A stretch of DNA of 64,000 nt from Dimorphilus gyrociliatus. Taxonomy: Eukaryota; Animalia; Annelida. Position 1 is the stretch's first letter, and the number at the start of each line of letters is the position of its first letter. The stretch is taken from the NCBI GenBank assembly GCA_904063045.1, contig CAJFCJ010000032.1, positions 186,001 through 250,000 of the forward strand, given 5' to 3'. Under the pieces are notes generated by a model. That model did not search any database, was not told where the DNA came from, and saw only the letters and a list, made by a program, of their open reading frames with translations. Positions 50,897-62,106 of this stretch are shown in pieces. Made by a program: the position numbers and the translations under genes.

Positions 50897-52959
50897 CAGA
50901 GGGCGAGCTTTGCAAGAAGGGCGTGCTGATACACTTGACACTGAATAAATAATTTGTTGGCAATTAGTTGCTGATAACCTTTTTTCGGGTTTTTTTGAAC
51001 GGAACGTTTTTTTCGCTACGAGATGCTAATTGAAGGATTGAATTAAATGGGTTTCTTATTATCCCTTTTTTCCGGTTACATAATTGTACAAGTGGCAATC
51101 GGAAGAGTTTAATTTTCATTGTAACCTATCAATTAATCTCAACTGTACTTTCCCTCCTTTTGTTTATTTATTGGAGTGGGAAGGAAGAGGTGGAGGAGGA
51201 GGAGGATGTAGAAACGAATCTAAGAAACGTATCAGATTTTTTCAAGTAATGTTCTTTAATTTTAGTACATGACTGTCAATCACCTGTGTATACTTTGCTA
51301 TCGATTTACAATTGCAATACAAATTTCTTTTATATTTACTATTATTCTCTTTATTCTATATATTTCTCAAGTGTTCTAACGTCATCAAAAGAGTAGAAGC
51401 TGGCTATGATTATTAATATTCAAATATATACAGTATGCATAGTATAAAAATTATATACTGTATAATGGATACGGCTGTACGTAGTGTTTGTTACCGTTGA
51501 ACGTTGAAGAGAGAATAGGAAAGGTATGTAAGGTATATTGCATAATTGGCACGTTTCGTTTCTTTTCCCTTAATCTAGCTAAAGTATTGGAGAATTTGTA
51601 AATTTCTTTATTGAATATACAAATAGAAAACTAGTTGCGTAAGAAGCGTTCACATGACCCCGAGTTGGGTTAGAGCAAACACTATCCACTTTTGTTCAAA
51701 ATCACAATACGGTACATACGTTGTATAATAATAATAAAGGGCCACGCGACGGGCACGTTTCCATCGTTTTCTTTTGCTTATTTAATAAGTGACGTAACAT
51801 TATAGGCGTCACTTCCATGCCCAAACTAAATAAGTACCATTGAGTAGAGTACGTTCGCGTATAATTGCTAACTGCCACATGACGTCACGAAGGTCGCACC
51901 TCAAGGAGACCGCCGTACGTGCTTTCTTCTTTTATAATTCCTTTCGAAGAAAATCGAACAAACGTCTGCAAATATCTTAAAACAGAGTATTTTCAAAAAT
52001 AATGTATATAGCATGTGCTTCTTGTTGAATTTTTCACTTTGTTTAAATATCAACACAACATGACGTCAGCTGCGCGATTTTTCGTCTAAAATATCAAAAG
52101 GACGCCGCTTTTATTTCAAAAAATTCTTAAAAGCCTCTAAAAGTTTAATTAGTCACTTTTTCCCTATCAACAACAACCAAATCTATTGCTTATAAAAACG
52201 GTCTTAGTGGCAAGCGTTCCCTCGGGTATCGATACCAAAAGAATCGGTAACAAGTAACTCATTACGCAACCAATTAGGCCTAACATCAAAGGACAATAAT
52301 TAGCCCACGTTTTGTACCACACGGGGAGAATTTGTAAAAGTTTCACTAAACATCCTTTCCGTTTAATAGTTGGCGCCTTGCCAATCTGTAAATAGTTTCT
52401 TCCCAAAATACTTCCCGAATATCTATCAGAGTTTAAGCAGGGTTGAGTACTACGACTTTCGCAGCAACTGCAAAAGAAGAAAGAAATAATTTGTACAAAT
52501 ACCATAAGGAAAGAGACTTTAACGCTTAAACTGGAAAGGTTGGAGGTTGAGGGGAAAAGGATAAGAAAACCATACAAGTATACTAATAGATGGCGCTTGT
52601 TTTTCTTTTTTTTATACCCAAAAGAAACGTAGTGGGGGAAGTGTGGGTGAGCGAGATTAGAGAATAGAGAATGGCAGTAGGAGGAGAATGGGGTGGTGGG
52701 CGGACACAGAAAACTAAATTAAATAAAGATTAACATACTAAACACTAACAATAGTCTTTAAAAATTCAAAATTTTTATAATAAAGTATCTAAAAATTAAA
52801 TATGGATGTTTATTTTCTATTGAATATGTAGGCCTACATTCATTAAAGATAATTATTCGACCAAATCAACTGTTTTTTCTCGAGTGAACTAGAACTTTTT
52901 TCTTCTAGATATTAATAAAAAAATTCAGTTAGAAATATAGATACCCTATTCACACGGAT

Positions 52960-53041
52960 GCAGTCGTGGCCGAGTGGTTAAGGCGATGGACTAGAAATCC
53001 ATTGGGCTCTGCCCGCACAGGTTCGAATCCTGTCGACTGCG
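52960..53041 (+). tRNA. tRNA-Ser (anticodon AGA), 82 nt
   Basis: GCAGTCG/CGACTGC acceptor stem, A box TGGCCGAGTGG, anticodon arm ATGGA-CTAGAAA-TCCAT, long variable arm, B box GGTTCGAATCC, and a downstream T-run terminator. Confidence 0.98.
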
Positions 53042-53767
53042 CAATTTTTTCTTTTCATTTTTTATTTTTCGCTTGCCATGTAAAACGTTACTCATGAGAA
53101 CAACAACAGCCATGTTTCCATGCTCTTAATAATTAATCTTACGTATTTCCAAAAAAGATTTAGTGGTTCTCAAATCGATAGATGGCGCCCTATTAGTTTT
53201 GGTATAAAGAGAGAATAACAGTTCTCTTTTTAGTAAACAAAATACTTGTTAATAAGTGTTGAGTAAGGAAAAGAAGAGTTTACGTTCTAAAAACTGATAT
53301 ATAAACTTTTGAAAGGGAAAAAGAAAGCGAGAAGAACGACTAATAATTGTTACATTTTCTTTCAATTACCTTAGAGGAACTCTTTGTTTGGCGCCATGAT
53401 TTTTATATAATTCGTTTCTATTCCGACTATAAGGCATAAATAAGGAATTGATGGGAGAGCGATGATTTATCGATATAGTTATCCATTTGATACGATACCA
53501 ATCCTTGTAGTTTTCATAGCCACAGCAATTATTAATTAACTGTATATAATTAAATAGTTAATGTTACAAAAACAGCTTTACTAATATGTAAAAATTATAC
53601 ATAATTAAAGATAGTTTATACTTGAAACTTGTCTATTTCATTACTCATATTTTCGTAATTAGGGTAACCGTAATTTTTCATATTTTCTTTAAAACCCCTT
53701 TGTATATTTACTGGAAAAGTTTTATTCAAGTAGACTAAAGATAGAAATGTTGAAAACTTTCAAAAAG

Positions 53768-53798
<31 letters not shown>

Positions 53799-54485
53799 AA
53801 ATGTTAGAACATTATGTTTTAATATCAAACAATAGCAACACTCTTTTCTAACTAACTTGCAAGAAACATTGAAAGTATAGAATGAATCGCGAAATTTGCA
53901 GTGTTTTTATCGAATGCTTCCTTTGGTCTATATCCTTAAAAAGCTATTTTTAGAAAGGAGAAAATGATGATCATCATAGAGATGGATAAGAGTAATATAA
54001 TCTTACTTGAATACCGTAAAAAGTTAATGAACAAGCAATCAATGAGGAAACATTAGCAATAGCCAATAAGAGGAAAAAATATTTAATGAATACATTATTG
54101 GTGAATCTTTGAAACTCTATAAGTGGATAATAAATTGTAGAAAATTGAAACAGTTCAAATACAAGTAACATAAGAGTTATTATGCTAATGTTAAGACAAA
54201 TTAAAACTCTTATATATCGACCTCTCTCGGTAATCTGTTAAGGAGGCTATTTTTAATAATGGGAAATTAGCTTTAAGTACTTTTTACTTGAATTTTCTTT
54301 GACGTTTTCGCATTCTGTTCAATATTTCTTTTAACCATTTAAAATATATGTTTAAATTCAAAACTCTACTAAGACTTTTCATCTATTTATTTTCCTTTTA
54401 TTTAAAAAAAAAAAGACATCACTCTCTTGTATTAAAGATAGAAATTTTTGTTTGTTTGTTTGTTGGTTTGTTTTTTACAGCTATT

Positions 54486-54896
54486 TCAATCGTAATAACA
54501 AGCAAAAACGATTGATACAGCAACAATTGTTTTATTTTCGTATTTGTGGCTTACGTACGAATCGTTTGACGGTCCCCATAAACATCTGGAAGCCATTTGT
54601 CCTTGATTTCTCTTTTCACCGATTGTTGTATGGACAATTAACTTGTATCTCTCAGAAACTATATCCTTGACCTTAGATTTGATACTTAAGCTAATTTCAG
54701 TTGCTAGACTAGCGGCTTTATCGGCTTGATAATCGTTATTCGATATGAGATCAGTCATAACATCTTCGATAATAGTTTGAACCTTCTTTTCGGAAAATCT
54801 TTTAAAATCACCGTTGTTATTAGATGAAACAGTCTGCTGAGATGGCTTAGACTTTCTTCGCCTATCTTCCATTTGAGCTCGCGTGGGCCTCCTCAT
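54486..54896 (-). CDS. Tctex1-domain dynein light chain (TCTEX1D/DYNLT family)
   Basis: RYKLIVHTTIGE...MASRCLWGPSNDSYVSHKYENKTIVAVSIVFACYYD matches the Tctex-1 fold C-terminus. An acceptor-like tcttatag just upstream (54901) suggests a further 5' exon. Confidence 0.88.
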   Translation of the reverse strand: MRRPTRAQMEDRRRKSKPSQQTVSSNNNGDFKRFSEKKVQTIIEDVMTDLISNNDYQADKAASLATEISLSIKSKVKDIVSERYKLIVHTTIGEKRNQGQMASRCLWGPSNDSYVSHKYENKTIVAVSIVFACYYD

Positions 54897-55427
54897 TCTC
54901 CTATAAGACTATTGAAAGAAGAAATATAGATCTAAATATTTATATATTGATAAAGAGAAGACATATTTATCCTGTTAATAGACGAAAAGCGGGGGAGAGA
55001 GAAAGAGAGAGGGCGACTGAGGAGAGGGGGCAGAGGACTTGAATAGAGAAATGTGTAATTGACTAAAGAATAGAACTTGTTTGGGAAAGGATTTATAAAT
55101 TTATATACTGTATATGTATATATATATATATAGTATACTATATATATAGATAAATGACATATAATATATATTTATATATACATATGATACGATATGTTCT
55201 ATATATTTATAGAAGGTATACGAGTTAATGGCAAATATTTGTTTCATTTATTGAAAAAGCTTCGAGAGCTGTTTATTATAGTAGAGTTATAATTAGTTTA
55301 ATATTTTTATAGCTTAATCATGTCGAGTTTAAAACAAATAGGAAAAAGAAACGAGTGAGAGAAAGAGAGAAGGGAGAGGGGGGGGAAGGTCACGAACTGA
55401 AAGAGGAAGTAAAGGAGAGGTGTAGGT

Positions 55428-55434
<7 letters not shown>

Positions 55435-55473
<39 letters not shown>

Positions 55474-55588
55474 AATATATTTATCCATAAAGAGCAAGAG
55501 TGAGAGAAAGACATACATATATACATATATACATGCATACATACATACATACATACATACATACATACATACATACATACATACATAC
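55435..55588. repeat. Compound (AG)n and (CATA)n microsatellite
   Basis: (AG)n at ~55435-55469 and (CATA)n at ~55536-55588. These generate the spurious MCMYV ORFs in the track. Confidence 0.95.
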
Positions 55589-58097
55589 ACATACACACAT
55601 GCAGGTAGAGAATGAGAAAGGGAGGAAGAAAGAAAATAATAGAGAGAAGAAATTTAATAAATTGATCTACTAACTCCTTTCCTATCCTTCTCGCTCATTT
55701 TCCGTTCGATATCTAAGTAACCTGTAGTCGATACAACCGATTCGAGCGCTGTATATCGTGCAAACACTATTTTTTTGTAGTCATAAGCCTATAAAATATA
55801 TCACATGTACTTATAATCCAACCGTAAAAAGGCTAGCTTGCATACTATTGTTTATTAACATAAATAATGCTATCAAGTTGAACATTAGATGTAATTAATA
55901 ATTCAAATATTTCATTTAATTCGTAGAATAGGCAAGTTGAAAATTCAATCTTTTCCCATTGTTTAATGATAGACATACGGTACATAAAACAAACTAAAGT
56001 TTTTCAATATAATAATAATTAAACTTAACAAAGTCATTTACGAAACAAAAATTACTTTCTCTCTCTTTATTAAACACTATATATATCGATCTAATAATCG
56101 ATGTATATCCCTATATGTAATAAGTTATTTTCATAATAAGTTCTCTATATGTATAAATCGAATTTATTTGTTGAATCAAGTACGACTATATTGATTTTAA
56201 TTGATTCATCAATCTGTTTAATTATTTCTCTTGAAAGAGAAGATTTATTATGAATATAGAATATATACTATACGATATACATTCTTAAATATATACTGTA
56301 CACACATATGCACGCAGGGTGTTTATTCTATTTTACAGTTAGCTACCCATCTCTCAATCTATCATTCATTCATTCTAACATTCATATATTCATGTATCCA
56401 TACGCTCCACACAGTGAAATTTCCTTCTTCTGTGTTTCCTCTTTTTAGTTGGGCATGTTAAAAACATGTACAATTACTACTTAAAAGATAATTAATACAC
56501 CAGCTATTGTACTCCCTTTCAAGATTCCTTAAATAATTACATGATCCATTGTTAATAATTTGTTTAGTATGTGGGCGTTAAATATATATGTAAATATATG
56601 CTGTGATATATTAACTAAATGAGGATAATACATTTTCAACATTCTCTCCCCCTCTCTCTATCTATCTTTCTCTATTATTTCAATTGTTTGAATCTTTTTC
56701 AAAAAGAAATGAAATTGTTGCTAACTGAATTGAATGAGACAAAGGGAATGTGGCAATAATCAATGAATATTTCTCTCATTCTCTCTCTTTCCTTATATAT
56801 ATATATATATATATTTCTTGTATACAGTTATATATATATATATATAAACAGTATTTATATATACACCCACCCTCAATTTATCAATAACCTAACGACCTCT
56901 ACACCCTATTGCCTTAGTAAGTGCATATTGAAAATACCCAAAGTGATATATGTCATTACATATTTCCGGTTTTCTTTATTCCAACTATTTATAACCAAGA
57001 GTATTTCTAGAATTTGTTCATTCAATACGCTCTTTTCTTAGTCTTCCCTCTTTTCTCTATCCTTCGTTTTTAATTTCCTAGTATAGAAGAGAAGAAAAAA
57101 AGAAACCGAATCGATAAGAAATTTTCGTCTAATTTGGCGGTCCCCTAGTAATTTACGATTATAAAAGGGGATTAGGTTCAATATCAGGTTAATCCGAATA
57201 GGAATAACTTAAGAGAAAGTATTTATTGGGCCTAGGTACAATTACCTATTAATCAAATGAATTTTCCCCAATATATAAAGTTTTTTGGAAAATACTTTCT
57301 TTCATTAAAAGTATCAGAGAACATTGTCTATACATTCATTCATTTATTCTTTCTCTTTTCGTCTCTTCCTCCTTCCCTCTCTCTCTCTCTCCCACTCTCT
57401 TTGAATTGAGTAATAAAAAAAAGAAATGAGAGATATTAATGAAAAATACTTTTGTTATCTTTTTCTTTTTATTCATACTAAATAAATAACAAAAAAACTG
57501 ATATGATTAACAGTAATTCCTTTCATTTCTTAGATTCGTTTGTAATCTCTTTTTATTGTCTAATTTTATTTTTACAAGTCCTATTCAGTTTCTTCTTAAT
57601 CCGTTAACTATACAAGAAATCCCCTAATCCGCCAGCGTTGATTAATAGAAAACAATAAATGTTTACCTGTGTAAAATAATAGAGCAGAATCCCGGCTTAT
57701 CAGCTAATTATCAGTGTTTATATAGAAGTAATATGGACGAACTTTTAGAGCAAGGCCGAACTGAGCATTTTAACTGAATAAAGTAATCAATTAGCAAGTA
57801 CTACAAGCTTTGATGTTTTGTCTAGAATGTTTAATCGATAAGTCCCTTATTGAATTCCAACCCGTAAAATACTACTAAATGACAGTTTATAATGGGGAAT
57901 GCCAATCCAAAAAACATAGTATTACTAAGCATTGCGCGTAGCGTGATTTTTTTCTTTTTTTACCCTTTCTCAATGATAGTAAAAATAAACATACAATGAA
58001 TCAGATCTATTTTTAGACCCCTTTGACGCGTTTCTAAATTTTATATATAGTCGGCAGCACTGGCAGTGACGCTTCAAAAAGAAGTGGACGCCGAAAC

Positions 58098-59203
58098 ATG
58101 AAGAAAACGATGCTCATTGCACTTTTGTATTTAACTACAGTTATGGTTCTTTCTGGTTTGTTTTATTTCTGTTTCATATCTTATTTTTTTTATATGGAAA
58201 TAATTTCCTTTTAAAACACTTTCTAGTTATTTCCGGTTTTATTTTCCATCTTTTCTTTTTTCTGTTTGTACATATATATATATGCGTATTTTTGGTTGTA
58301 ATTGTCTTTCTTTCTCTTTCTCTTTCTGAAAGAATTCAGTAGAAAGACATGTTTTTCATTCATTTGTATTTAAAAATCATTGGAAATATGTCAATTTTTA
58401 ATTTCAATATTACTTTCAATTGAAGTAGAATAAAGAAAAGAAAGGAAAAAAGAGAAAGTTTACTATATAAAGATCATTTATAAAAAGTTAATAATCGAAA
58501 GAGAGAAAAAGAAAGATATAAAAAAAGAAAAAGGGAAAAAAAAGCAGTTGAAAAATTATCCTTGTCTTTTTTCTTCTAATCTTTCTTTATAACTCTTTGT
58601 CTCTCTCTTTTTTCTATTTGTTCCAATTTTTTCATCTATCCGTCTTTCTCTCTCTCTCTTCCATCTCCGCATCTTCCATTTCTTATTACTCATTCAACAG
58701 AAAATTTATTAAAAGACTACAAAGGCGGACAATAAATCGTACAATTGTATAAATTATATAAAACAATTTGGTTTGACTTTTTGATTAAAAGAAATTGTCT
58801 AAATTGAAATATTGTTATTTATTTTTCCCCAGACAAGAAAGAAATGATAGAAGCATTAGATAGATTGCGAACGGCAAAACGGTAAAGTATAAAATAATTC
58901 GCTGAAGCATGTAAATGACTGTAAAGTTTAACGATAACATAAAAACAAAAACAAGTTTATGTAAATAATGGATCATGTTTGATATATATTGTATATATAT
59001 TGTATATACACAATTTAAACGTTTATAGCGTTTATTAACAATATACATTTAAATATAATACTGTCAACAGGACGAAATGGTATCTGAAAAGTTTTTGCGG
59101 TTTAAGTGGAGAATGGTGCGGTACGTGCTGTGAAGGTTACACTTGCAAATGTAATTTATGGAACGCTAATTGCCGATGTCAGAAAAAATTATTTTGGGGA
59201 TGA
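58098..59203 (+). CDS. Agatoxin-like/agouti-like knottin neuropeptide precursor, 3 exons (58098-58155, 58833-58881, 59071-59203), 79 aa
   Basis: Spliced product MKKTMLIALLYLTTVMVLS-DKKEMIEALDRLRTAKR-TKWYLKSFCGLSGEWCGTCCEGYTCKCNLWNANCRCQKKLFWG*. It comprises a signal peptide, a KR site, an 8-Cys knottin with CxCNLWxxNCxCQ and a terminal WG amidation signal. TATA at 58042, aaacATG context, GT-AG introns in phases 1 and 2, AATAAA at 59316. Confidence 0.92.
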
Positions 59204-62106
59204 AAAATTGATGATTATTTATTCTATCCTTTTTCCTTTTGAACGTTTTTTCGTTCTATCATCGATTTTCTTTTTTGGAGAAAATTTTTTCGAAAAGCAG
59301 GAAAAAGACAACTAAAATAAAAGAATACACAGATAAAGCATATATTCAGTATACATTGCCTTTTTTGTTCATGTACTGTATATAATTCAATATATATACA
59401 GTATATATATATACATATATATACTGTATATATATATGCATGTATGTATATTTCTAAAGAATATTTTATGCCTTTAAATGAATATACAAGTATATAAAAA
59501 AGTGTATATAAAGTATATGTAGAATAAAGTTTAGTTTATGATTGTACTAAGTGCACTGTTCATATATTCCCCAAGAGCATAAAATGTTCCAGAAAGATAA
59601 ATTTGCTTTGCATTTTTTCCACTTAATTGTTTTCCTCTGATGGGCTGATATCTTTCTAAACTACACTCTGTCGACTTTTCTTCTATATAACTGTCTCCTT
59701 ATTTTTCTCACCTTAACCCCTTTTCACCTTTTGTCTAGTTGTTTCAAATTTGCTAAATTTTCTCCTTTGATATGAAATACACATTAGTTGTTATAGTATT
59801 ATTAAAAGATCGGGATTATCTATTTCACTTCTTAACTATATACCATTTCCCAATACCTCTTATTAAAGATTTTCCCTTTGATTTGACAATTTCATGGAGA
59901 CGGATAGAAAGAGAAAGAACAACCTTGGCAACGTGGCTTCTTTCCAGATATTTTTACTGTAATTATCTTTCAAGAAGAGATTTTGATTGGTACAAAATAC
60001 ATCAATTAGACTGAATAGAATCTTTGTTAAATCTACGATATTTGGGAATTGTTGAACGTGACCAAGTTCTATAGAGTTAAGGTTGTAAACTAGCATTTCT
60101 ATGAATCATTATCAAAAAACTTCCATCTTGTTCGAACACTTCGCTTTATCATTCTCTCATCTTTCGCTCTAGCAGATTAATTAAGAAATTTCAAGGAACA
60201 CCTTTATTGTTTCTTTTAAAAGGTTAAATAACAAAAGTTATCTATAGATAAATAAAAACTATATACAGTATACAGTATAAGGATAAAATGAATGCATAAA
60301 AAATACACTATAGTTTAAAATAGAACACATGTATATATATATCATATATTTTTTTAAATGCAGATGACCAAAACAGTTGATTATTGTTCATAAGAAGATT
60401 AATAATATCGTGTAATCATAACTTGTTATCTAATTTTTACTTATCACTTCGTTATTTAAGAAATTCATTAAAAAAAAGAACAAATTAAATATTTGCAAGT
60501 TTAAAAAAGACATTAAGAAAACAAATGCTATAAATAAATACATACAGTATATATATATATATATATAATTTGTATATATACTGAATATATATTAGATTTA
60601 AGTATACAAAAGTTACATTTCTTGTAACACTCTCTCTTCTCCCAATAGACTTGTAAACTCTGCCAAACTAATGAAAGAAAAAAGTCTGTCCTTGACACAG
60701 TCTTATATTATTCTAGGCCAAAGTAATTTTTCCAGTAGAGTAGGCTACTGATTATGATCGTCAACATATATTTTAATTGGTAACTGTCATTTAATTATCT
60801 TGTTTTTTCCTCCTTTCCAGCCTTCCTCTTTAATATGAGAGATTTTTCTACGCCCACGGAGAGGATAAAAATTGAATTATGACTAATAATAATCTATTTC
60901 GATACTTTTTTTTGGTTATTTTAATATCTAAAGAACTTTTACCTCAGGCTTGTACATCTTCTTCCAATCTTAATATAGAGCAATTAGAAAAAAATAGGAA
61001 AATAAAGGAAGTAAACTCTGTAAGATAATATTCCCAAGCGCTTAATACAGATCTAAGTAAAAAGACAATACATACAGTATATATATACATATATTCTGTG
61101 TATAAATTGCTTAATATCTCTTTGTATTGGTTTTTGTTAATGCTTTACATTGAATTTAGTATAGTTAATCATACGGCAAACCGTAGATAATAGGGTCTCT
61201 TAGTCTTTCTGCGTCAGACGAGTACAACAAGATTTTTAAGTGACTGGTAACAACTCGCACGTGTATTTATATTGGACTAGTACAATATACTCTAAAGTTC
61301 TCAGTATACAAGTGTACGTTCATATCTCTTGCATAACCTTTTAAGGTCAAACTTGTACTTTTTATGTACATTTCAATGAACTAATCTAGATTTTAACCTC
61401 TTTCTTTTCACTTAATAGGAATTTTCTTGGAAGTATGACACGAGTAAAGAAATATTACTATATTAACTTTGTAAGAGACGCTAAAGCATCAATTTGATGA
61501 CATTTTTACGGATAAATCACAATATGTGAGATGCATACTATGTAAACAGAGTCCGTCCTTCTTCCTGTTTATAAATAATATATATATTTTCCCACTCGCA
61601 ATAAACATTAATGTAATAAAGACTGTTGTTTGTTAATTATTTCCATCTTTTATTCTTAGTTGTAAATTATATATACTATACTACAAGAGACAACAGCAAT
61701 TTGAATGCTACGTGACGAACGAAAACAACACTTTCTTCAGTCAGTTCTAAATATAGGCCTTTATTTTTTAGTTAGTTTTTATTGTCAATATTATTCATTA
61801 AGAAGGAGGTTCGTGTTTTCATTCTCTCCCTTTTCTTGTTTCGATTAATGTTTTAAAATATTAATAGCAATAGAGAGATCATTATAATAATATAATGTAT
61901 TGATTGTAGTTAAATATTCATAAATTGATGTTTATTGATATGTAATGTTCGATATCTTCCCTTTAAGGTTTATTTACCATCAATGTATGAAGAATAGGTA
62001 ATATATTGAAATTCTATGACATGATTTTTTATTGAGATGACCGGTTTATTGAGATTTGTACACACACTCAGAGTTTCACTCTTTGTGCGTAGAGCGATAA
62101 GACGCT

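Noticed and set aside
39000-52900. Bipartite PTF1 autoregulatory sites (E-box plus TTTCCCA)
   Set aside because: E-boxes and GTGGGAA sites (47596, 51176) exist separately, but I found no correctly spaced pair.
55329-55598. MCMYV-repeat ORFs and similar SLSLSL or antisense shadow ORFs elsewhere
   Set aside because: Translations of microsatellites or opposite strands of real genes.
907-55982. TACCGTA/TACGGTA as a second footprint class (907, 1891, 35082, 44193, 44229, 51708, 54012, 55976)
   Set aside because: The count is close to my rough chance expectation, so it is not clearly enriched.
58970-58995. Resemblance to miR-190 (ATGTTTGATATAT)
   Set aside because: Seed end mismatched, no convincing hairpin, low-complexity AT context.
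265-59203. Tubby and an agouti-like peptide (both mammalian obesity-linked families) in one window
   Set aside because: 58 kb apart with unrelated genes in between; no sequence evidence for a functional link.
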